Shown in pieces: positions 13,982 to 21,961 of a stretch of 32,518 nt of DNA. The notes below the pieces were generated by a model. It saw only the letters and a program-made list of their open reading frames with translations. It was not told the origin of the DNA and searched no databases. The translations under genes were made by a program, and so were the position numbers. The DNA comes from an uncultured Dehalococcoidaceae bacterium (lineage in GTDB: Bacteria > Chloroflexota > Dehalococcoidia > UBA2979). The stretch covers positions 1 to 32,518 of the forward strand of contig CAYTRA010000001.1 of assembly GCA_964439675.1 (NCBI GenBank). Direction: 5' to 3'. Numbering within the stretch: position 1 is the first letter of the stretch; each line of letters begins with the position of its first letter.

Positions 13982-15192
13982 GGGTCGTACTCCAGCAGTG
14001 CGTGACGGTGTTCCGGCAGGCGGTGCCAGGGCTCCACGTCCACCACCCGCGCCACCGGCGACTCACCGAACCGCACCTTCAGGTGCCGCACCATCTCGTC
14101 CAGTTGCTCGCGCCGCCGCATCTGCTCGGTGAACAGACTCTGCTGCCGCCCGCTCTCCTCCGTCAGTCCACCCAGTTCGAGTGTGAGCAGGGAGAGCGGC
14201 CCCGGCAGGTCGGAGTACTCGATGGCCGTGCGCAACACCGTCCACAGCCGGGCGCGGTCACCCAGCGGCTCGCGCAGCACCTGCTCGTGCTCCCAGAGTG
14301 CGCCGCGTTCCGTCTCTCCTCGCAGGGAGACGGTGCGGACGAAGCGGTTGCGAGCCCTGGGGTGCCGGAGTGTCCGGCCCAGCATCTGCTCCACCCCGTG
14401 CAGGATCGCCTCGCGGCTCACGAGCGGCGGCTCTGCCTGCACGTGCTCCACCACGCGCTCGCGCTCCCACTGCCGAGGCCGCACCGGCCGAGGGTCCTCA
14501 CCCCGCGCCGCCAGCCATGCGACGCCGCCAGCAGACCCGAACTGCGCCTCCACCGCTGTCCGGGGCAGTGCCGCCAGTTGGCCGCAGGTGTCGATACCCA
14601 GCAGGTGTAGCCGCTCCACGTCCTCTGCCGGCAGCGGGAGATGGCGCACTAGCTCATCTGCCATGAACGCTGCGGCTTCGTCCTGGGGCACCTGCTTCGC
14701 CGCCCACGGCTCGACGCGGAGGGCCGCGAGGTACGCCGTCAGGCGGTGGCCGGCCACTCCCAGTTGCGGCCGCAGCCGTCCAGACACGCCTGAGAACACC
14801 GCGCGTCGCAGGTCCTCGAGACGCGGGTAGAGCGCCTCTGTCCCGCGCAGGTCGGCGAACACGATCCCCTGCTCCGCCTCCTCCACCAGGGGGCTCACCC
14901 CTGCCATCGCCTCCACCAGGCTCTCCGCGTACCGCGTCACCAACGCCGGCCGAGGCTCAAGGATCGTGAGCATGGGGCTCAACGCCACCGCGTCCCGGAG
15001 CGTCATCCCCACCCGCACTCCGTGCAGCCGCGCCTCTTGCGTCACCTCGACCACGCGCACCCGCCCCACGTCGCTCAGTGCGACGGGCGTGCCCACCAAC
15101 CCCGGTCGCTCCACCAGCTCGCACTGGAACGCAAGCGACGGGATCGCGAGGCAGGCCACGGCACGGTCAGGGTCAGACAGCGATGTGGACAT
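13978..15192 (-). CDS. imuB: ImuB, a catalytically inactive Y-family DNA polymerase-like mutasome subunit (404 aa, lacking the usual C-terminal module)
   Basis: The layout is Y-family-like, but the N-terminal metal-binding motif reads CLAIPSLAF (no DxD) and the second acidic motif reads GIVFADLRG (no DE). A QQSLF beta-clamp-type motif is encoded at 14131-14145. A strong SD (GGGGGGAGAG) lies just upstream of the ATG at 15192. It is the first gene behind the SOS box. Confidence 0.88.
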   Translation of the reverse strand: MSTSLSDPDRAVACLAIPSLAFQCELVERPGLVGTPVALSDVGRVRVVEVTQEARLHGVRVGMTLRDAVALSPMLTILEPRPALVTRYAESLVEAMAGVSPLVEEAEQGIVFADLRGTEALYPRLEDLRRAVFSGVSGRLRPQLGVAGHRLTAYLAALRVEPWAAKQVPQDEAAAFMADELVRHLPLPAEDVERLHLLGIDTCGQLAALPRTAVEAQFGSAGGVAWLAARGEDPRPVRPRQWERERVVEHVQAEPPLVSREAILHGVEQMLGRTLRHPRARNRFVRTVSLRGETERGALWEHEQVLREPLGDRARLWTVLRTAIEYSDLPGPLSLLTLELGGLTEESGRQQSLFTEQMRRREQLDEMVRHLKVRFGESPVARVVDVEPWHRLPEHRHALLEYDP

Positions 15193-15227
15193 CTCTCCCC
15201 CCTGGAAAAGTGGGGAGGGATGGTATC

Positions 15228-15241
15228 AGAACGAATGTTCT
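15228..15241. promoter_or_regulatory. LexA (SOS/Cheo-type) operator AGAACGAATGTTCT upstream of imuB
   Basis: A perfect 5+5 inverted repeat with a 4-nt spacer lies 36 nt upstream of the imuB ATG. GAAC-N4-GTTC is the established LexA core motif in Gram-positive-type bacteria, and imuB-dnaE2 cassettes are classically LexA regulated. Confidence 0.75.
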
Positions 15242-15631
15242 CCTGGCTGGCTCTCACGCAAGGGGAGCATGGATTTGAGGAGGATCGACGCCCTTGAGTC
15301 CGTGGCAGGGCGTCCAGCCACGGGCCATTCGGTAAGGCGATCGTCAATGCGAAGTCGCGCTAGATGTTTCTGCTGACGGTTCTGCAAATATGACAATTCG
15401 TCATCACTCAAACACGTCACGGAACAGCCACGCAGCATTACAGGTGAAATCACTGACTTCGCTTGTCAGGATTGTCCTTCCATCGAGCATCGCTGACTGC
15501 TCAAAAACTAATGCAGCGGTTTACGTATCGCGCAGTTATAGTTTGTCGCGGCGTCGGACAGCCTCTGTGTCGATTTCCCCGGGCACAACAACCCTCGCGC
15601 GTTTCGTGCGACAGGCCTCGCCGACCGACTG

Positions 15632-18600
15632 ATGTGGTTGGGGGTGCAGCGCGCCCTCTGGTGGAAGGGCGTCTGCGTGATCGCTGCACTTCTTGGTGCC
15701 TGGCCTCTGCATACTCTTCGAGTCCTGCCGGTCGTCCTAGTCGCGCTCACGGCGGCCTCGCTGCTGGCTCCGCATGACGTGGCCCATGCGGACCACTCGC
15801 CTGTCTACGTGTCGCCCACCGGCGACGATGAGGCAGCGGGCACTTCCGAGGCGCCGTTCGCGACCCTCCAGGCAGCCATCGACCACCTCGGTGCCGGCGG
15901 CGGCGTGATCAACCTCGCGGCCGGGACGTACTCGGGGACGTCCGCGACGATCGGCGCGGGCGCGACGTTCAGCATCGTCGGCGCATGTACCGCCGGTACG
16001 CCCACGACCACCCTCCAGGGCAACGGGGCGGCCACCGTGCTCGCGGTGATTGCCGGCGACGTGGCGTTGGAGTGCCTCGAAGTCACGGGCGGCGGCGGCG
16101 AGACGGATGGCGCAGGACTGAGCGTCGGCGCCGGCGCCAAGGTCCACGGCCGCTCGCTCAGCATCAGCGGCAACGCCGCCACCGGCTTCGGCTTCGGAGG
16201 CGCGGTGGCGAACAATGGTTCGCTCACCCTCGAGGACAGCGCGATCACCGGCAACAGCGCCGCGTTCGGCGGCGCCGTCTACAACGTTGGCACCCTGCGG
16301 ATCCGGAACTCCACCATCGGGAATAACGATGCGCTGGGCATGGCTGACTTCGGTCTGCCCGGGATGGGGGCCGGCCTCTATCTGCAGGATGCCGCAGTCA
16401 CCGAAGAGGTGATCCTGGACGAGGTCACCTTCACCGGCAACGACGCTGGAGACGGCGGCGCGATCTATGTTGCCGGCGGCTACCTAGCCATGTTCGGCGG
16501 CACGGTCACGAGCAACACCGCCGCCATCGGTGCGGGCATCTCCACGGCGGGCGGCGCCTCCACCTTCCGAGGCGTCTCGTTCCACGCGAACAACGGCACG
16601 CCGGCGCACGTCAGCGTCACGGGCGGCACGGTCGACCTGGAGTGGAACTACTGGAACAACGGCGCGGGCCTTGCTCCGGGCGAGGTCACCGAGGCGAGCG
16701 TCCCCACGAACACCTGCCCCACCGCGGCCTGCGAGGCCGCGCTCACCCTGGCCTTCGACGAGGCATCGGACGCGGGGACGGTCTCGTTGTCGCTGGCGGC
16801 CACGGAGACCGTCTTCGCGGCGTACAACGCCATGCGGACGGCGCTGGATCCGGGGTTCAGCCTGTTCACCCCCAGCGCCTCCTGCGCAAGCGCGGAAGCG
16901 CCGTGCGTGCGCACGCTGCCTCTGGGCATGTCCGTCAACCTGAACGGTCCCGGAGGCGCGGTCAGCACGTCCTGGGCCGGGTGCGCGGACACGGTGACGA
17001 TCGCCACCGCCGTGACGTGCACGGCCACCCTGTCTGAGCAGATCCTGATGCGCCTGCTCTCCACCGGCGACGACTACCCCACGCTGGCGGACGCCCTGGC
17101 CGCGGCCGCCCCCGGCGACACGATCCAACTCCCTGCCGCGGAGTACGCGAGCACGAGTGTCACCATCACCCAGGACGTGACCATCGCCGGCACGTGTGAC
17201 GCAGAGGGCGCACCGCAGAGCGTGCTTCGCCCCTCCGGCGCCAACCGCATCATGACGGTGCAGTCGGACGTCACGGTCTCGGTGGACTGCGTCCAGTTCA
17301 CGGGCGCCACCGCGAACGTCGGCGGCGGCGCCATCCTCAACATGGGCGACCTGACGCTGGACCGGGTGGAAGTCACCGGCAACACCAGCACGCACTCCGA
17401 CGGTGGTGGCGGCATCCGTAACCAGGGCGCGGCCACCCTGCACATCACCAACTCCAAGATCACCAACAACCAGGCAACCACCGGACGCGGAGGCGGCATC
17501 TACGTCTTTGCCTCGGCAGGGGAGGACGGCGTGGTCAGCGTCAAGGACTCCGTGATCTCCGGGAACACCTCGGACTTCGGCGGCGGCATCAGCATCTACG
17601 GCATGCTGGTCGGTGGGGGCGTGCCCCATGGCCCGCTGGTCGTCCTGGACAACACCACCGTCGAGTCCAACACGGCGGTCGGCGACCTCGCGAGCACCGG
17701 TGGCGGCGCCATCTTCAACCAGTGGGCGCGCGTCTTCGCCTCCCACTCGGCGATCCGAGACAACGACGGGTACAGCGGCGGGGCCATCTGGAACGATGGC
17801 GTCGCGTGGCTGCTGGACACGGACGTCACCACCAACGACGCCACCGGCGACGGTGGCGGCATCCTGAACCACCGCTACCTGGTCATGCTTGGCGGCTCCG
17901 TGACGGACAACCAGGCGGACGGTGACGGTGGCGGTGTGGCCATGAACGGGAACACCCAGGCGCTCCGAGGCGTGACGCTGGACGGCAACGCCGCCGGCGG
18001 GGCCGGCGAGGACGTCTTCGGTCTCCTGGACGGTTTCCCGTACTGGGCCAACTTCGCGCTCGAATGGAACTACTGGCCAGACCTCCAGGCGGGCGACATC
18101 GACTGGGGCGACGTGACCTCGCCCCCGGGCGGGAAGATCTGCGCGGACGCTGACTGCCGGGTGAACCTGGACCTTGAGCCCGGCGCGGGCGGCACGCTCA
18201 CGCTGCGGCCCTACACCGCGGAAGCGGTCGAGACCGGCGGTGCGATCCAGTTCCTGCACCAGTTGCACGCGGCTTCGCTTACCTACGCTGTGGGCAGCGA
18301 CGCCGCGCAGCCGCGCATCGGCCCGCTGGTGCGGACGTTCCCGGCCGACCTCGGCCTGCCGGCCCTGGCTGGAGTCGGCGACGGGACGTGCTCCAGCGCC
18401 GAGGGCTGCGCGCTGCCGCTTCCGCTCGGCACGACGTACATCGTGGGCGCGAGCGCCCTCGAGAACTACGAGTTCGACTCGTGGACGGGGCCGAACTGCG
18501 CGGCGAGCGACGACAGCCCGTCGACCACGGACCGCGTCGACGTCGCGAGCGCCATCGAGTGTGGAGCGCAGTTCAACGCGCTCGGCCACACGCTGGACGT

Positions 18601-21600
18601 GACCCGGGCGGGTAGCGGCAGCGGCTCCGTGGAAAGTGCCCCCGCGGGCATCGAATGCGGCGACGACTGCTCCGAGCTCTACCCCCTCGACACGGAAGTC
18701 ACGCTGACCGCCACGGCGGCCGTCGGCTCCACCTTCGCCGGCTGGAGCGGCGATGCAGACTGCACGGACGGCGCCGTGACCATGTCCGCCGACGCGGACT
18801 GCACGGCCACGTTCAACCTGATCCCGTACGACCTCACAGTCACGCTCGCCGGTGATGGGGCCGGGACGGTAACCAGCGCGCCGGCCGGCCTCAACTGCGG
18901 CGAGACGTGCGAGGCGACCTTCGACTACGGCTCGACCGTCACGTTGACGGCGACCCCGGCTGACGGGTCGGTCTTCCTCGGCTGGACGGGTGACGCCGAC
19001 TGCTCGGACGGCGCCCTGGCCATCTCCTCGGACGCCAGTTGCACGGCGACCTTCGTCCTGCCGGCCACCTCGATCACGCTGACCACCGCCGGCGGTGAGA
19101 CGGAGGCGACCATCGAGGCCGGCGGCACGGTGGACCTCGTCGTCACCATGCGCAACGCCGAGGGCGACGCGACGCCGCACCTCGATGGTGCGCAGAGCGT
19201 CGTCTTTGCCGGCCTGTCCTCGTCGCCGGCGGGCGACGACCCGGTAATGGCGGACGCGACCTGGGGGGCGGGCACGCTGACGGTGGACCTCGCGTTCACG
19301 GACGGCGTGGCTAGCGCGGCGCTGCAGGTGTTCGACGCCGGCGTCGCCAACCTGATCGCGACATCCGAGGGCTTCGATTCGGCTGCGTTCGACCTCACCG
19401 TCACGCACGCGGCGGGTGAGCGCCTCAGCATCGCGCAGCAGCCGTCCGCCACGGCGGCGGCAGGCGTCGCCTTCGCGACGCAGCCCGTCGTCCAGGTGCT
19501 GGACGCGTACGGCAACCTCGTCACCACTGGCGCGGACGCGACCGTCGAGGTGACCGCCGGCCTCGAGGACGGCACGCTCGCCGGCGATGCGACCGTGGCC
19601 GCCGCGGGTGGTGTGGCGTCGTTCGGTGACCTGGCGGTCCAGACGGTCGGCGCGGGCCAGGCACTGGAGTTCTCGGCCACGCTGGCCGCCGGTCAGCGCA
19701 GCGCGACCTCCGAAGCGTTCACGATCACCGCCGGCCTGCCGGCGCAGATCGTCGTTGTCACCCAGCCCTCGGGGACTGGCGTGGGCGACCTCGTCCAGCA
19801 GCCGGTGGTCGAGGTGCGTGACGCGTTCGGCAACGTCGTCACGACGGACCCGGACGGTGACGCCACCGAGATCGTCGAGGTGACCCTGGAGTCCGGGTCG
19901 GCCGGCGCCGTGCTTGGCGGCACAAAGCAGGTTGCCGTGACGTGGGCGACGGGGCGTGCGACGTTCGCCGGCCTCGATGTCGACCGGCCCGGCGACTACA
20001 CGCTCGCGTTCCAGCCCACCGCCGCCTGGGGTGACGCCGCGGAGGCGCTGGGCGCGGTGAACAGCGAGGAGTTCACGGTTCCAGCGGCGACGCTGGTGGA
20101 CCTCTCGATCGCGCCGTACCTCGCGTATGCCGGCAACACGGCGGGGATGATGTTCTCGTTCGAGACCGTGACCCCGATCCCCGCGATGGGTTGGTTCACG
20201 GTCACGCTCCCCGCGGGCTACACGCTGACGGAGCACGACACGTACAACGTCCAGGTCGGTGACGGCTTTGTCGCCATCGACTCCGTGAGCATCGTCGGGC
20301 AAACGGCGACGTTCGTCTTCGTCAACCCGGTCGCGGCCGGCAGCACGGTGAGCATGGGCCCGATGGCCGGTGTCACCAACCCGACCACGCTCGGCCTCAC
20401 GGGCACGTACTTGGTGGAGACCCGCACGGCGGAGGGCGTCCTGCTGGACTCCGCGTCTGCCCCGGGGACGGTCATCGGCGCGGGTGACATCGCCCGCTTC
20501 GAGATCACAGTGAACGACGGCAACCCGGTCACCGCCGGCGTGGAGTTCGGCATTGCCGTGCGCGCGTACGACGCGTGGGACAACCTCATTGACCGCGGGA
20601 CCGAGGTGACCCTGTCGTTCAGCACGGATGCAGGCGAGGCGCCCATCGACGGGTGGGAGCCCCAGGTCGCTGATGAGCGTGGCTACGACTTCGGCGGCGG
20701 GGTGCTCGAAGTCGAGGACTTCACGTTCTACGACGCGAGCGAGACGCCCCGCATCACTGTGACCCGGGTGGGCGGCGCCAGCAGCCAGAGTGCACCCATC
20801 GAGGTGCTCTCTGGCACGGTCGCGCCGGCGGCCGCCATCATCACTTCGAGCGAGGCTATCGGGACGACCGCGCAGACGGCGACGATCACCGTGCGTCTGT
20901 TCGACGTGCTGGGCAACGCCATGGAGACAGGAGGCGAGACGGTTGTGCTCACCTCCACCCACGGCACCCTGAGCCCGGTCAGGGACGTGGGGGACGGCAC
21001 CTACCGTGCGACGCTCAGCGCCTCGGCGGTCGGTGACGCCGTGGTCAGCGCCACGGTGAACGGCGTTCCGGTCACCACCGGCGACGCGACCGTCGAGTTC
21101 ACCGAGCCGCCCGTCGAGCCGGAGCCCGACCCGCCCGCCGATGACGGGGACGTCATCGAGGAGACGGGCGAGGTCATGGTGCCGGTGACGGGCCGCCAGA
21201 CGACCGACCTGCCCGCGAACGAGACCGCCGTCGTCGAGACGGGGGGCCCGGACGGCTCCACGGTCAAGGTGACCGTGCCTCCGGCTGCCCTCGGCGAGGA
21301 CCGCCCGGAGGGCCTCCGCGTGGAGGTCGCGGTCGCGGAGGACAAGGAGCGGGTGGCCGAGCAGGCCCCGCCGCCCCCCAACGCGGATGTGGTCACACAG
21401 TTCGTCGTGCGGCTCGTGGACTCGCAGGGCAACGCGCAGCCGGCCAACTTCACGGAGCCTGTCTCCATCGAGTTCACGGTGCCGGCGGACGAGGTGCCGC
21501 AGGACGCGGACCTGGCCGCGCTGGTGCTGGTCTTCTGGAACGGTGAGGCGTGGGTAGAGGTCGAGGCCGTCGCGACATCGAACGAGGACGGCTCCGTGAC

Positions 21601-21889
21601 CCTGGTCTCGCAGGTGATGCACTTCAGCCTGTACGGCGTCCTGTGGGCGCCGCCGGAGTGGGGCTCCTTCGAACCGGTCCCGGCCGCCGGCCTCACGCTC
21701 ACGCGCTGGCACGGCGGGGGCTGGACTCGCCTCGAGGCCGCCCTCGGCACCGGCGGTAGCGTCTGGCGCTTCATCGACGGGGAGGCCGTCGGCTACATCG
21801 CCGGCGCCCCGGCCTGGGTGAACCGCGCGTTCATCGAGGCGTACCCCGACGGCTTGCCGGCCGGGTCACCCACGGTGGTGAGGCGCTAG
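15632..21889 (+). CDS. Giant (2085 aa) secreted mosaic protein: two right-handed beta-helix modules with GG[AG]I (polymorphic-membrane-protein-like) repeats, InlB-B-repeat-like domains, multiple Ig-like (Big) domains, acidic Pro linker, uncharacterised C-terminal domain
   Basis: Track ORF. The N-terminus is hydrophobic and ends in AHA/DH, which is signal-peptide-like. The exact start is uncertain: no clear SD precedes 15632, and there are alternative GTGs at 15644 and 15677. By eye there are about eleven GGAV/GGAI/GGGI turns. The sequences SGSGSVESAPAGIECGDDCSELY...FAGWSGDADC and GAGTVTSAPAGLNCGETCEATF...FLGWTGDADC are B-repeat-like. The repeat QPVVQVLDAYGNLV / QPVVEVRDAFGNVV is Ig-like. Confidence 0.9.
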   Translation: MWLGVQRALWWKGVCVIAALLGAWPLHTLRVLPVVLVALTAASLLAPHDVAHADHSPVYVSPTGDDEAAGTSEAPFATLQAAIDHLGAGGGVINLAAGTYSGTSATIGAGATFSIVGACTAGTPTTTLQGNGAATVLAVIAGDVALECLEVTGGGGETDGAGLSVGAGAKVHGRSLSISGNAATGFGFGGAVANNGSLTLEDSAITGNSAAFGGAVYNVGTLRIRNSTIGNNDALGMADFGLPGMGAGLYLQDAAVTEEVILDEVTFTGNDAGDGGAIYVAGGYLAMFGGTVTSNTAAIGAGISTAGGASTFRGVSFHANNGTPAHVSVTGGTVDLEWNYWNNGAGLAPGEVTEASVPTNTCPTAACEAALTLAFDEASDAGTVSLSLAATETVFAAYNAMRTALDPGFSLFTPSASCASAEAPCVRTLPLGMSVNLNGPGGAVSTSWAGCADTVTIATAVTCTATLSEQILMRLLSTGDDYPTLADALAAAAPGDTIQLPAAEYASTSVTITQDVTIAGTCDAEGAPQSVLRPSGANRIMTVQSDVTVSVDCVQFTGATANVGGGAILNMGDLTLDRVEVTGNTSTHSDGGGGIRNQGAATLHITNSKITNNQATTGRGGGIYVFASAGEDGVVSVKDSVISGNTSDFGGGISIYGMLVGGGVPHGPLVVLDNTTVESNTAVGDLASTGGGAIFNQWARVFASHSAIRDNDGYSGGAIWNDGVAWLLDTDVTTNDATGDGGGILNHRYLVMLGGSVTDNQADGDGGGVAMNGNTQALRGVTLDGNAAGGAGEDVFGLLDGFPYWANFALEWNYWPDLQAGDIDWGDVTSPPGGKICADADCRVNLDLEPGAGGTLTLRPYTAEAVETGGAIQFLHQLHAASLTYAVGSDAAQPRIGPLVRTFPADLGLPALAGVGDGTCSSAEGCALPLPLGTTYIVGASALENYEFDSWTGPNCAASDDSPSTTDRVDVASAIECGAQFNALGHTLDVTRAGSGSGSVESAPAGIECGDDCSELYPLDTEVTLTATAAVGSTFAGWSGDADCTDGAVTMSADADCTATFNLIPYDLTVTLAGDGAGTVTSAPAGLNCGETCEATFDYGSTVTLTATPADGSVFLGWTGDADCSDGALAISSDASCTATFVLPATSITLTTAGGETEATIEAGGTVDLVVTMRNAEGDATPHLDGAQSVVFAGLSSSPAGDDPVMADATWGAGTLTVDLAFTDGVASAALQVFDAGVANLIATSEGFDSAAFDLTVTHAAGERLSIAQQPSATAAAGVAFATQPVVQVLDAYGNLVTTGADATVEVTAGLEDGTLAGDATVAAAGGVASFGDLAVQTVGAGQALEFSATLAAGQRSATSEAFTITAGLPAQIVVVTQPSGTGVGDLVQQPVVEVRDAFGNVVTTDPDGDATEIVEVTLESGSAGAVLGGTKQVAVTWATGRATFAGLDVDRPGDYTLAFQPTAAWGDAAEALGAVNSEEFTVPAATLVDLSIAPYLAYAGNTAGMMFSFETVTPIPAMGWFTVTLPAGYTLTEHDTYNVQVGDGFVAIDSVSIVGQTATFVFVNPVAAGSTVSMGPMAGVTNPTTLGLTGTYLVETRTAEGVLLDSASAPGTVIGAGDIARFEITVNDGNPVTAGVEFGIAVRAYDAWDNLIDRGTEVTLSFSTDAGEAPIDGWEPQVADERGYDFGGGVLEVEDFTFYDASETPRITVTRVGGASSQSAPIEVLSGTVAPAAAIITSSEAIGTTAQTATITVRLFDVLGNAMETGGETVVLTSTHGTLSPVRDVGDGTYRATLSASAVGDAVVSATVNGVPVTTGDATVEFTEPPVEPEPDPPADDGDVIEETGEVMVPVTGRQTTDLPANETAVVETGGPDGSTVKVTVPPAALGEDRPEGLRVEVAVAEDKERVAEQAPPPPNADVVTQFVVRLVDSQGNAQPANFTEPVSIEFTVPADEVPQDADLAALVLVFWNGEAWVEVEAVATSNEDGSVTLVSQVMHFSLYGVLWAPPEWGSFEPVPAAGLTLTRWHGGGWTRLEAALGTGGSVWRFIDGEAVGYIAGAPAWVNRAFIEAYPDGLPAGSPTVVRR
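15791..18090 (+). repeat. Duplicated beta-helix module (about 15791-16670 and 17066-18090), each ending in the motif LEWNYW
   Basis: Module heads: AAGTYSGTSATIGAGATFSIVGACTAGTPTTTLQGNG...LECLEVTGGGG versus PAAEYASTSVTITQDVTIAGTCDAEGAPQSVLRPSG...VDCVQFTGATA. Module ends: VDLEWNYWNNGAG versus FALEWNYWPDLQAG. Confidence 0.7.
18586..19057 (+). repeat. Two full tandem InlB-B-repeat-like domains of about 78 aa each, preceded by a degenerate copy at about 18460-18585
   Basis: HTLDVTRAGSGSGSVESAPAGIECGDDCSELYPLDTEVTLTATAAVGSTFAGWSGDADCTDGAVTMSADADCTATFN versus YDLTVTLAGDGAGTVTSAPAGLNCGETCEATFDYGSTVTLTATPADGSVFLGWTGDADCSDGALAISSDASCTATFV. Confidence 0.75.
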
Positions 21890-21914
21890 GCAGGGCGTCG
21901 ATTGCAGCAAGCAG

Positions 21915-21940
21915 AAGGGGCCGCCGAGAGGCGGCCCCTT
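21915..21940. terminator. Perfect 11-bp stem hairpin (aaggggccgcc-gaga-ggcggcccctt) between convergent genes; bidirectional intrinsic terminator
   Basis: It lies 26 nt after the giant-gene stop (21889) and 22 nt after the minus-strand cytochrome c stop (21962). The flanks are short T/A-containing stretches on both strands. Confidence 0.78.
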
Positions 21941-21961
21941 TCGTGTCCCTGGGGGACAGCC

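Noticed and set aside
13635-14066. A 144-codon N-terminal extension of the dnaE2 ORF (track ORF 10149-14066).
   Set aside because: The extension is Arg/Gly/Trp-rich and overlaps the 116-aa ORF and the imuB 3-prime end in another frame. The ATG at 13634 gives a normal PHP-domain N-terminus and an ATGA coupling overlap.
15269-15376. A 35-codon plus-strand ORF (MDLRRIDALES...) preceded by AGGGGAG.
   Set aside because: The SD-like sequence ends only 1 nt before the ATG, and on the other strand the area is promoter region for imuB. The peptide is Arg/Ser-rich and unconvincing.
16484-21712. A 1742-aa ORF antisense to giant gene 2.
   Set aside because: The explanation is the same: it is codon-aligned antisense to a high-GC3 gene, and the translation is Arg/Gly/Asp-rich and featureless.
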